Source: Chlorokybus atmophyticus (taxonomy: Eukaryota > Plantae > Mesostigma and Chlorokybus algae). Taken from it: 64,000 nt of DNA. Below are positions 25,764-38,214 of this stretch, piece after piece. The stretch covers positions 352,430 through 416,429 of the forward strand of contig RHPI01001292.1 of assembly GCA_009103225.1 (NCBI GenBank), read 5' to 3'. Position 1 is the first letter of the stretch; the number at the start of each line of letters is the position of its first letter. Made by a program: the position numbers and the translations under genes. The notes under the pieces were generated by a model. The model saw only the letters and a program-made list of their open reading frames with translations, did no database searches and was not told the origin of the DNA.

Positions 25764-26660
25764 TCGCTTCCCGCCAAATAAAACCCCAAGTTCGAATGTT
25801 CGAACCAAGCTTGCAGTCAACGGCCAAAGGCGATGATTGTTTGATAACAACAAGTGAAGTGATATCTGTTCTATCTGGTTTAGACCAGGCCGCCGCTGCC
25901 TGTCGCCGCTGCCGTCGCCGTCGTCATTGACGTTGTGGTCGTGGTCGCCGTTTCCGCTCCCGGTCGGTGCGTCGTCATAGAGGGAGGAGCACGAGGAGAT
26001 CAGGCTTGCAGGCTGCGGCAGCTGGTAGGTGAGCGCTTTGCAATCGCACTGGCGGGGGTTGCCAACCTAGACAGGCAGGCCACTGAGCCTTGACAAGGCT
26101 AGGCTCTGAGTCTCCGCCTTTTCAGAGCTTTGTGATTGTCGTCTTCAGTTGACTTCCAGTCCAATGGTTGCTGCGCGAGTGTCGCGTAGAGTGCTGATCA
26201 CGCCGCAAAGCAGCTGCTGCTCGCTGCATTGTTGCTGGTTTGCTGCTTGCTTGGTCGGCAGCAATGACGGCTGCTTTGCAGTCAACAAGTGTTGCAGCCG
26301 CTTTTTGTGAGTTGCTTACACGCAGTTTAAGATCAGTCAGTGACCTTTCTTGCGGCGTTCTGTGTGATTGTTAGCTTCACATGTCATTTCAATTGCACAA
26401 CATATTAGCGACTGCCTTCATCACCTGCACAAAGCCGAGGTTACTGCTGGCTGCTTCCATTTTGTTTGGTTGGTTTCAATCTTGTGTGATGACAGTTGAT
26501 GCCGTAGCGTTTGTCAGTTCATTCTACAACGAGGTGGCATTGTGGAAGTTCCATCAGCTGTGATTCAAACCAGTTGTTTGGTGGCGCCTCAGCTTGTCAG
26601 TGCAAGCATCACACATTATAAGCAGACGAAGCGTGAGCAGGTCGAAAGAAGGCGAAAGCC

Positions 26661-28205
26661 ATGCCACAGAAGAAGCGCAACAACAAGAAAAAGAACGGCC
26701 CTGCAACAGCAGCACCAAGCAATGTGAAGACCACAAACCCAGGTTAGTCTCCATATAATACATTGCAACGCAAGCCAACCAACTGTACAGTCCCCGCTAG
26801 CTGTACTGTGATTGAACTTGTTCAAGAATTGTGAACAGCATTGTCACAAGACACAGCGTGCAGACCGGTGTGTATGTGTGGAGGGTTGGTTACTTAGGTT
26901 TAACGCGCATGTGTTCTCATGTTCTTTGGCTTGAAAGGTGCGGAAGCATGTGAGGACGAGGGCAGCACCCCTGGCTCAAGTGTAGCGAGCACGCCTCGTA
27001 GCCCTCCGCTGTCTCCCAAAGACGCCAACAGCGCCCCAAAGCCATCTGATGGGAAGCAGCCTGTAAGCTACACGCATCTCCAACTCAAAACTTGTAGTGT
27101 TGACTTGCATGCAGTACATGTGGGTCGCGGTGTGGACTTTTGTGGGTGTTAACTTGTTCGACTGTGTACAGGCTGCGGTGGCAAGTGCGGCAAGCAGTGC
27201 AGCAGCCAAACAGCAAACCAATCCGAAGCAAGAAGCGGAGTTGAAGGCCAAACAGGACACTGAAGCAAAGGCACAGCAGGAGGCTGAAGCTAGGGCGAAG
27301 CAACAAGCAGCGGAAACGAAAGCCTTGCAGGAGGCTGAAGCAAGCGTGAAGCAGGAGGCAGAAGCGAAAGCCAAGCAAGAAGCTGAAGCTAAGGCAAAGC
27401 AACAAGCAGAAGCCAAGGCCAAGCAGGAAGCTGAAGCCAAGGCGAAGCAACAAGCAGCACAAGCGAAAGCCAAGCAGCAAGCGGAAGCCAAAGCTAAGCA
27501 GGAAGTGGACGCTAAGGCAAAGCAAGACGCCGAAGCTAAGGCTAGGCTACAGGCGGAAGCAAAAGCCAAGCAGGAAGCTGAAGCGAAGGCGCAGCAACAA
27601 GCGGAAGCAAAGGCCAAGCAGGATGCAGAAGCGTTGAAAGCGAAGCAAGCAGCAGAGGCGAAGGCAAGGCAACAGCAGGAGGAAGCTCAGCGACAAGTTG
27701 AAGAGACACTCAGGTTGCTATCAGAGCAGAAGCGCGCAACAGAGAGCACTTCGCAGAGTGACAAGAAGACTGTGCGCTTTGCGAATGAGTCATCATTGCA
27801 CAGGGCCGAATCAGCTGCAAATAGCACACCCACAGTCCCGCAGTCACCCCCGCGGCAACAGGCTGTCGCAGAAGAGATCGCGCGACGCAAGGAGGCGGAC
27901 AAGGCCCTCAAGCAGGCCCTCAAGCAGGACGTCGGTAGCAACACCGCACGAGGGTCTCCTAAGTCACTCAAGATAATCCCACCTGATCAGGTGCAGTGTG
28001 CATGTGTGTGTGTGCGCATGTGCGCGTGTGTTCACTGCGAGTGTAGTGTGCGTTGGTAGCTTATGTTGCGAACATCACACCAATCAATCAACAACTCTCT
28101 TACTATTGCAACTTGCAGACTGCCAGGGGTTCACTCGTGGAGCCGTTGTTGGACGGGGCAACAACCAAGAAAGAACGGAGGTGCTGTGGCTGCACCATCT
28201 CATGA
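26661..28205 (+). CDS. Ala/Lys/Glu/Gln-rich coiled-coil protein with 8-aa repeats and a C-terminal CaaX box
   Basis: Four exons in phase: MPQKKRNNKKK..., STPRSPPLSPK..., a large exon with (EAKAKQxA)n, and a last exon ...TTKKERRCCGCTIS* (TGA 28203-28205). Confidence 0.75.
27241..27680 (+). repeat. Coding 24-nt tandem repeat (EAKAKQ[EQD]A)
   Basis: More than a dozen degenerate units visible in the translation of ORF 27097-28059. Confidence 0.85.
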
Positions 28206-28624
28206 GAGTCAGTCCGCGTCGCACACCAGTTTTTTTGCCATGTTGCTGCCACCACACGCGCGCGGTCCGCAGCGTTTACCGCACAGCAGAGAAGACAAAC
28301 AGCCGGAGTACAGTTAAGAGCCGCAGCACAAGTTTCAGACAACATGGTTGTAGATTAGCTCAGTAGCTAGTTTGGAGATTTTGGAACTAGTTCTAGAGAG
28401 TGGAGTTACCCAGTGTCATGGCCCATGCCACTTGCTCTATCAGTACACATTCACACCGAGCAGCTTCGTCAATACAGTTGGTGGCATACCACGAATTATA
28501 CCCTATGCGTACAGTGCATGCACGGCTCTGTATGCGAAATGCAGATATAGTACATTACATTGCAGTATCCTGCACAAAGCCTTGCTGCTAACACTGTACA
28601 GCATCTGTATATATCCGCAAAGCA

Positions 28625-31041
28625 TCATTGACGGGTCTCCGCAAGAAGCGCCTTCGCAAGTTCGATGTGCAGCGCGTGACTGGCCTGTATCACCCAAAAC
28701 GTGTGTTTGGTTGTAGTTTGTATGCTTGTCGTTACCAATCCAATGTGCCCGTCATATGACTAGCTAACGTTGCACATGGCTGTGAGCATAGTTGCTTCAG
28801 GCACATCGCGTATGTACATGCATGCATGCATGCATGCATGCGTGTGTGCGAGCGCATGCACGCATGCTGGTATGCAGTGCGTGCGCACGTGTGTGGTGTT
28901 GCTAACACTGTGTGTTGTGGTCATTGGGCAACGATCAATGGTCCGAGGCAAGTCTTGCGCACCTTGTAAGCGACCACATGCGCAACGGGCAAGCCGGGGT
29001 TGCCATTCATGTTCAAGAGCGCCAGGTCGCCAATCAGATCGAGCAGCTTGTGCCTGCACGGCTCGTTGGCAAAGCGCAACGGCGGGTTCACCCAGCCAGT
29101 CTTCATGCTGCAAAGCACACAACCATACCGCATCATACTCAGCAAATTATCGCTGAACCTGTGAGGTAATACCTGCACACCAGGGCATTCTCCAACGATC
29201 CGCCCTTGATCAAACCCATTGCGCGCAACTGCTCAATCTGCAAGACAAGGCAATAGCTTGAGTAACAAATGTGCACGTGCACAAGTATGCGCTTGCGCAC
29301 GCACGCACTCACGCATGTGTAGGCACAAACCCGCAAAAACGCCAAATCTATAACACGCATGCTCAATCATCAACGTGTTCATGCTGACACCGCGTATAAG
29401 TGCTACCTGTTCGAGTATGCCGAACGTGCGCGCGGGCGCAACCTCCTCCTCGTAACTCTCCGCCGGCGTCCACGAGTACCATTGACTCCCCACCACAGGC
29501 AACTACAACATCACACCACATCACCACACAACCCGCACACGCCACCTCCACTCCTTTCATTACACACCTGCGGGAAGTCTATCCCGTACGTGAGTCTTGT
29601 CTCGTTGGCGGGGAACGCAGCCACGAAGGCGTCGCCGCCTGTGACGGTGATGGGCTTGTGGACATGTAGAGGGACGCGGGAGTGGTGGGAATGTTGGGGT
29701 GAAGTGTTGTTGTTGGAGTGAGCGGGGATGACGCCGGAGTCGCGGATGGCGGCGACCCAGTCACGCGCGGAGCCGTCAAGCAAGGGGACCTGCATGAGGA
29801 GATGTGATACACAGCAACATGAGTTCGAGATATGTGCACGTGTGCGCGCGCGTGCGTGTGTATGCGCGTGGTTGTGCGTGTAGGCACTCACACGCGTGCG
29901 CACGCACACACATGTGCATGGCTGTGTATATGTATCTGTTGACGCGCACACACGCATACAGGCGTGCGTGCGTGCACATGTACACGTGTTGGTGCGCACA
30001 TGCCTGCACATGTACATGCGCATGTGTGTATGCAGCCCCACATACACGTGTATCTGTATATCTTGTACCACCAGCTACCAGCTCAGCATCATGACCTTCC
30101 ATGTACGTTCCCCACACTACTACCCACCTCCGCTCCGCCCCGTAATTCAATCCGCGCGTTATCCACCCCGCACCCTTCCAACGCAGATAGCAGGTGCTCG
30201 ACCGTTCTGATAGAAGTGTCCTTCGCTCCATCCCCAAGCGTCGTGCTCAGTTGGGTGTCGACCACGCTGTCGACCGTCGCCGCCACACGAAGCTGAGCCA
30301 GGAGACATAGATGAATACACACGTGCATGTACACGCACGCATGCACGCATGCACGCATACGTACGCATGCGCGCACACGCGCATGTGTGCGCCAACACCC
30401 GTGCAGATGCTATACTTGTATCAGAGCAGTAGCCAACTGAGGTAAGTGGTTGTTTCGATGGTGGTGTACTACCTCTTTGTTGTTGTCGTCAAAACAGGCA
30501 AAGTAGCGTCCTTCACCAGCTGCTGCAGGCATCACTCTCACCTGAGAAAATATACTTACTCTACTGCATGCAGCCATGCATTGCTATACACAGAGTAGCA
30601 GCTCTATGCGCCATTATCAGAAGTAAAGTGAATCTACAAAAGGTACGACAGGATTATCATCCTTGAACAAATTATGGTGCAACAGTGTCTGACTTGTTGA
30701 AAAAGAATACGCGTACAGGTAATACAAAGTCCTCTGCCTCACACCTCAGCCAGCTCGCCGAGGTGAAGGCCCACGCCTGAGCGAGTGAACGCTGACCGCA
30801 GAGTGCACTGCTGCGAGGAGGATGTGGCGGCGGCGGCGGCGTTTTTTGATGATGATGAGGAGGAGGAGTTGGCAGTGGCGGAGGAGGAGGACGAGGCGGA
30901 GGGAGTGGAGGAGGAGGGTAGTGTGGCTACCACAGTCATGAGCGTTGAGGTCCTTCGCCTGCGCGAGAGGGATGTCAAGCGCATGCGAGCAGTGGAGTGC
31001 GCCGCTACGGATGCCGCAGCGGCCGCCGCCGCCGCCGCCAT
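28625..31041 (-). CDS. lpxC: UDP-3-O-acyl-N-acetylglucosamine deacetylase (LpxC), plant type with a transit-peptide-like N-terminus
   Basis: Exons give [18 protein letters not shown]|[14 protein letters not shown]|...[16 protein letters not shown]|[12 protein letters not shown]...TYGIDFPQ|...APARTFG|[12 protein letters not shown]|[25 protein letters not shown]...AYK|ASHALH. Zn-binding motifs intact. Start approximate. Confidence 0.95.
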
Positions 31042-32318
31042 CGTTGCCGCCGCGGCCAGCAACAACGCCAACGTCGCCAGCAATGGCGCCAAAGTGTTGC
31101 AGCGGACATCAACGCAAGTCATGTCTACATCTACACTTGTATACAGACTGTCTTGTATCCTCATCGCTGTATGTTAAGCATCCCGATATCGTTTACAGCC
31201 TCTACATCGGACTGTAACGGCGCGTTAGTTAACCGACGAGGGTGTATATCTGCTGCGCACGTGAGGAAGTGCTCAGCAAGCAAAGCAGTCAAACTTTACT
31301 ACTGTTACCACTTCTTACTGCGCTGATATACATGGTGCCCTGCGGCGGCGGTTTCAGGTGAATGAGGACCCTGTTGTAAATAGCTCATTTAATTAGATTA
31401 AAACAATCACTGTGGTAGGAAGCGGCAGATTAGCGACAAGCACAAGTTTGCATTAAACGCAATAAAGGGGCTAACTATAGGCTGCAGTCAGGGGCCTGTG
31501 CTGGTCAGAGATCACAAGAGCTAAGGCAGAGAAGAGATTAAAGAGAGTAAGAGTACGAGAGATAAGAGCCACCTTTAGTGAATCAAAAGTTTGACTGTGA
31601 CTGAGTCTCCTCACAGCAACGCAGCCCCTCTGGTACCAAGTAGGGGGTGTTAGTGCTGCCACTTGGCAAAACAACACCCCAAACTATCTCTTTCTCTCTC
31701 CCTCAGGACCGTGTGTATCTGTAACTGGTGGGAGGCAGAGAGAGAGAATGGACCGGTCCCAGGCTTTGACTGTAACGTCTAGCAATGATACTGCTGCTGT
31801 TGAGTATGACCAGCCCAGACTAGGCTGGTATATAGACCAGGCCAGAACAGCCACTACTTCAGTAGACCGACAAGCTACAGTCGCAGACCAGCGGCCTGGT
31901 CCGCTCACACCCACACTCTCCTCCAGCCACTACAAGGAGGAGGAGCAGGACAGGGACAGAGAGGTGCTGCAAGAGAGAGGGTTAGGGGTTGGTTGACCAG
32001 GCCAAACTCCACACCAGACCAGGCTGTGCAGCAGGCCAAAGGAGAGCAGGCGACCAGAACAGACCGGAGTGCACAGTGGAGAGACCAGGCTGCTGCTGCT
32101 GTTGCTGCTGCTGCGTGGTGTCGCAGACTTGTGGTGTGCATGAGCAAACTTAGGTGGGTGAGGTTGGAGAGTTTGACTACACTCGATGACAATGTGTGAC
32201 ACTTTCCCGCTCTGTGACACTCTGTCATACACAACACCAACTCGCTCGCCACAAAGCCACAGCCACACTCACTGTGTTTTTGTCCCCTGCAGCTGTGCTC
32301 TCCTCCCCGGCGCCAGCC

Positions 32319-35300
32319 ATGGCTCGCCCAGCCCACCTCCTCCTCTTCCTCCTCCTGGGGGTTCTCCTCTCTCACCCCACCTCCGCCCAGTATGACAACT
32401 CCACCTCCTACCCCGGCGACGAGCTCTTCCCCCTCTCCTCCGGCGTCTCTCCCTTCCCCGACGACCCCTCCCTCGTCGCCTCCGTCCAGGCCGCCCCGCA
32501 ACCCCCCGCCCCCGCGGTCCTGACGGGAACCGTCTTCTGCGACGCGTGCAGGGATGGGAAGATGGGAGGAGCGCCGGATAGGGCACTGAGTGGGGTGCAG
32601 GTCATCGTCGTTTGCAGAGGTGAGGGGGGGGAGAAGGGTGTGGGTGTATCTGTATCTGTACTACAGATACAGATACAGAGCTTGTATCTGTACCTGTACC
32701 TGTATCTGTATCTGTGTGCATGTACGTTGTTGTTGATGTTGGTGTGTTGATTACTAACTCACCTCCTCCTCCTCCTCTCTGCAGCTACCGACAACACCAT
32801 CTACAAGCACTTCGCCTTGACTGACTCCAAGGGTTTCTGGCGCGCTTCGGTCCGCAGCGTGGAGACGGAGTGGTACGCCCGCAAGCGTTTCGCCAACTGC
32901 ACGGTGCACCCGTACCGCAACCCACACAGCGACTGCAACACGATGATCGGACATGATAATTGTGCGCTGGATGCCGTGATGAAAGATTTGAGGTCAGGGG
33001 TCACGTATGGGGTCACGCCCAGGTGCTATACCGGAGCGAACAGACCAGCCGCGCCGGCGTGCCCAACACCGACGGCGAGCGCGGTGAGTGGGCATATACA
33101 CTTATGCACAAGTGCGCGTACCAGTGTGTCAAAACACACATGTCCTTGCGTGCGTGCGTGCGTGCGTGTGCGTGTGTACATGTGAGGTTTTACTCCTGCC
33201 TGCGTCTGTGCGTGTGCGTGTTCGTGTGCGCATGCGTGTGCGCGTCTATGCACGCCTCTATCTACGCTTGCGTGCACATGTATGCGTCACACTGATACAA
33301 TGATCGTTCTAACACATCCCCTCCACTCCACAGCCCGAGATCAACCCGACCGTTGGTCTCCGCACCCTCCGCAAGGACCACCCTCGTCTCCTCATCACCT
33401 CTTCCCAGGTCTCTTCCATGCGTTCCACTTGCAACGCTCCTTCCGGTCCACTGCGCGGCCCGGCCTATTGGATGTGTTGGTCCAACCTCAACACGGCCAA
33501 CGACTACAAGAAGACTCGCTTGTCCTCATTCCAGACCGACAACGGCCTCGGGATGGCCAGGGCCGCCATGGATAGGATCAGTTCACTCGCGGGGGCGTGG
33601 TTGGGTACCGGTGATGCGAGCTTTGCGGGTGTGGCGAGGGAAGACTTGAGGTATCATGTGTTGGGGAGCACCAACTGGAACCCGGATAACTCGGTGGACC
33701 CCGGGTATCTGAATATTGGGATGAGTCTGCAAGCAGCAGCGCTGGGATATGACTGGTTGTACTCGGAGCTGTCCACATCAGAGAGAGCTGTAAGTGAACG
33801 AGGTCACTCGCTTGTTGGCTCAGGCACCAAACACACACACACACACACACACACTGATACTCCCCTCTCCCCTCCAGGCTGTCTGGAACGCTGTCAAATA
33901 CAAGGCTTTCCTCCCCGCTCTGGACCAATCCTCTCTGGAATACTTCTCCCAGACCTCCACCAACCTCAACGTGAACGTGTTGAGCGGTTACATCTCCGCC
34001 GCACTGGCCTTCGCGGACGTGGACTACGCGTTGTGTCGACAGATCCTCCTGCGTGCGGTGCCCGGGTTCAGCGCGGGGATGGGCATGATGAACCCAACAG
34101 GAGGGTGGTTTGAGAGCTATGTGTACTTGAGCATGATAGGGATGCATGCGGCCATAGCCATGTCGGCAATGGAGACGGCCATGGGAAGTGACTTTGCCAT
34201 CGGGACGAGATATGGCGTGCGACAATCATGTAAGAGAGGAGTTGATGTTGCTACTGTTGCTGTTGTGAGAGCTGTCTTGTACATGCACATGTGTGTAAAG
34301 TGCGCGCACGCACGCATGTGCGCACACACGCACACCTGCACCCACATACTCACACTTACCCACACCTCCTCTCCTCAGCTTACTTCCGTGCTCACGGCGT
34401 GTCTCCATTGGGCGCCTTCTTCCACTTTGGCGACGACTCCACCACCGACAAAGCCATCTCCGCCCAGCTCTCTTTCTACTTGGCCGGCCGCACCGCCGAC
34501 CAATGGTTGATGAACTACGAGTCCAACTTGCGTGCAACAGGAGGCCCATACAAAGTCTTTTGGTCTGCTCGCAACACCAACGTGTTCAATGGGTTGGCCA
34601 AGTCCACACCACCCCCACTCGACGCACGCTTCCAGGGCTACCAGCTCGATAATGTGTACATGCGTACGGCGTGGGACAACGCTAATGCGGGGTGGATTGC
34701 TGTGAAGGGTGGACAGAACCCGTGGAAGCCTTCGGGTGTGCACAACCACTTGGACTTGGGTTCCTTTGCGTTTGTTTTGAATGGAGTGGAGTGGTTCGGG
34801 GACCTCGGGGCCGATAGTTACTCACTCAGTAGGTACTTCAACGACCGTTACGTGTACTATCGCCCACGCACGGAGGGACACAACACGTTGGCGATCGCCA
34901 CAACCACGCAGAAAGAGCTCCAACTCAACAACCAGCCTCTCCACTCCTACTCCAAGAATGTTGGCTTCTACTCTTCACCGACACGTTCACACACCGTGTT
35001 GGACCTCACCAACGCATATCCCGACAGCAAATCGGCTTACCGTGGACTCGCTCTACTCAAAGATGTGCCTGGAGGACTAGCGAGGATGCTTGTTCAAGAT
35101 GAGATTGTGGCGAAGGGAGCTGCGATTGATGTGGTGAGCATGTTTCATACGAGGGCGGCGGTGAGTATTGCGCTGGATAGGAGATCGGTGGTGCTGACGC
35201 AAGGGGGGCAGAGACTGAGGGGGTACATCCTAACTACCGATGGATACTTCTTGTAAGTGACAATGAGATGCACGCAACTACACATACACACACGTGAATG

Positions 35301-35613
35301 CACACAAGCCCACGGACGCACACGTACATGGACTGTACAATAGCACACGCACACCCACACACACACCATGACTGACTTATACCTTCCCCCCCGCAGCACT
35401 ATTTCATGCGACCCCACCTCCCTCAACGTCGACAAGGGCTCCGGTCCCGCCGAGAACAACAACGCGGGCGTGACCAACCTGATCGTGCGTCCCCAGATCG
35501 GTGCCGGGGCGCGCGTCGGGTCCACTAAGATCGCCGTGTTGTTCCAGTTGGATGGCACGACGGTGGCGAAACCGAGCGTGACGGCATCTGTCCTCACATG
35601 GCAAAAGAGTTGA
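32319..35613 (+). CDS. Secreted protein (~832 aa): signal peptide, Pollen Ole e 1-like domain, heparinase II/III-like polysaccharide lyase
   Basis: Exons 32319-32619, 32785-33083, 33334-33789, 33878-34229, 34379-35252, 35397-35613 sum to 2499 nt in one frame. Signal MARPAHLLLFLLLGVLLSHPTSA. Ole e 1 pattern VLTGTVFCDAC...LSGVQVIVVC...TDSKGFW...C...C. Lyase motifs DHPRL, NWNP, AAALGYDWLY, WFESYVY, HNHLDLGSF, WFGDLGADSY, YYRPRTEGHNTL. Confidence 0.85.
32645..32677. repeat. 33-bp near-perfect palindrome in intron 1 of the lyase gene
   Basis: TGTATCTGTATCTGTA-C-TACAGATACAGATACA. Confidence 0.9.
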
Positions 35614-36159
35614 AAGGGGAGAGTTGATACAACTATATAGTCATTGTTTGGAGGAGGAGGAGGAGGAGGAGGATTTGTCATTCATTGATGAGATTATTAT
35701 TCTTTGCTGACCTGCTGGAGGAGGAGGTCAACGGGCGGATGCGTAAAGTTGATTGCGGTGCGATAATGGTGGTAGGCTTGAATTGGGTTAGGCGGTTATA
35801 CAGAGTAGTGTTAGGGCTTGGGCGCGCAAATGGTTGTTGTTGTTTGTTACTGTAGTGCTATTGATTAATGTATACATAGCGTGTGTATGTCACGCGTGTA
35901 CGGACCCCAGTAGTAGTAGAGCTGCTGCTGGTAGAACGACGTTGTAATGTGTACCAACATTGAAGTTTGGTTTCTTTCCAAAAAGTCCCCCACGCTGCAT
36001 CTCTGTGCTTGACGTGACATATGACACCATGCTTGAGGTGGCGTGGTTGCATGCGTGTCCACGCGTGTTTGCATGTTGGTGCACGCGCACGCGCACCTCG
36101 TGTACTGTGTGACGGTCACATCGACTAAACCAATACACAAGCGCAACACCAGCCCCGAC

Positions 36160-38182
36160 TCACAAGCGCTCGTACGCCGCAGCAAGCTCCCGCAGTGCTT
36201 TGGCTATCCTCATCCCCCTCTCCCCGGTAAAGAGGTCCTCCCCTTCAACCCGCCACGCCCAGTTCCCCTCCGCGACCCCCGGGACATTCATCCTTGTCGA
36301 GGAGTCGAGAGCGAGGACGTCCTGCATGCTGACTATGGCTGTGCGGCCCACTGAGGAGAGGGCGCAACGGATGAAGTCCCAGGAGATGGAGGAACCGTCG
36401 GTGCCGAGGTAGGATCTGCGGATGTGTGTGTGCGGGACAGTGTTGGTGGGGATGAGGTATGGGGTGATGGGAAGCAGCACAAGAGTTGAGTCGGGGTGTA
36501 CCTGATGCGGTGCTTGGTCAGCTCGTCGGCCTGCCATCAAACGGAATGTCAATGAGTGCTGTTTTTGGATTTGTGTACAGTAATGTGTCTCGATGTTTGC
36601 ATTCGCGTGTACGTGTGCACGTGCACGTGGGTGCGCGCACGCCTGCAAGGGCAAGCGTGCGGACATGTACGTACATCTGCGTGCACGCGCGCATGCAACT
36701 TGTGTAGGTCAGTATGCATGTGTCTGCATGTCTGTCATTATGACTGTTTGTGTGCCAATGTGGGTGTGCGTGCTTGAGTGTGTGATGGTGTGCGCACGGA
36801 CTCATGCGTGTGTGTGCGCGCACTTGCACATCGCACACCTTCTGGTAGTATCCCAGAACGGTGTCATTGTCATGTGTGCCCGGGTATACAACACTGTTCT
36901 CTCGGTGGTTATGTGGCAGATGCACGTTGCGCGGCTTGCCGTCTTCAAACGCGAAGAGCAGCACGCTCATGCCAGGCGCGCCCACACTCTCCCGCAGGGC
37001 CACCACGTCAGGCGTGATCACGCCGAGGTCCTCCGCCACGATCGCAGCACGCGCGTTGCCACCCAACCGCCGTGCAATGGCGTCGAAGAAACTTTGCCCT
37101 GGACCCACCCGCCATTCACCTGACACACACACACACACACACCAAATCAACCCAACACGGCTCCCATATACACAACCTCTCGTGATGTGTCTGTGAAGTG
37201 GTAATCTTACCTTCCATTGCTGTTGCTGACTTTGCGTTAATAGCCCAATACCCCGCAAGCCCCCTAACACAGACAAGTCAATCGTGTTTGTAACACACTT
37301 TGAGGAGGTGACGCAATGTAACACAACTCGCGCATGGAGTGCACAACCCACCTGAAGTGGTCTATTCTCAACTCATCATACAACTCCAAGCTGCGCCGCA
37401 ACCTCCCAGTCCACCACGCATAGTCCTACACACATCACACACATCACACACACATTCCCACATAAGCCACCCACCCGACCCCCCACCCCCCACCCACCCA
37501 CCACAACAACAACACCTCCTCACACCTCTTGTTGGTGCGCTGTCCAGTTGTACAGCGGCGACCCCCACCTCTGTCCCGTCGCAGAAAAGGCATCCGGCGG
37601 CACTCCCGAAACCTGGTGGTGGTGGTCGAAAGTCTCGAGGTAGTAGTAGTCTCTTGTTGTCTCATTCATAGCACGTGTGTCAAGAGATGGACTGAGTAAG
37701 TGATTCACTGACCTCTGCGGGGGCGCCCGTGACGGGGTCGAGGCAGAAGAGCGTGCGGTGGCACCACACGTCCGCGGAGTGGCCGCCGACGTAGATGGGG
37801 GCGTCGCCGAAGAGGGAGACGCCCTTGCTGTTGGCGTAAGACTTCAGTTCCTGCAGGCAATGTGAAGTGTTGGATTGGGGGTGCGTGGGTGGGTGCGGGT
37901 GCGGGTGCGGGTGCGGGTGCTTGCACGTGCTCGTGTGCGTGTGTGCGTGTGTGCGTGTGTCCTTGTACACGGCAGCTGTGCTACAAGTCGTACACAATGT
38001 GACCACATCAAAGAGAAATACTATGACACAGTGCAGTATCAGATAGTGCTGTCCACACCTGCCATTGCCGGTTGAAGAGGAACTGCTCAGCGACATAGAC
38101 ATCGACCTCATGACCCTTTTCTGCCCACACTCTGGCCAGTGCATCCCTGGTGCACGCAAGCATCAGACTTCAAGCCCACACC

Positions 38183-38214
<32 letters not shown>

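Noticed and set aside
27097-28059. TolA homology
   Set aside because: Similarity is purely compositional. There is no N-terminal TM anchor or TolA C-domain, and the gene is spliced with a CaaX end.
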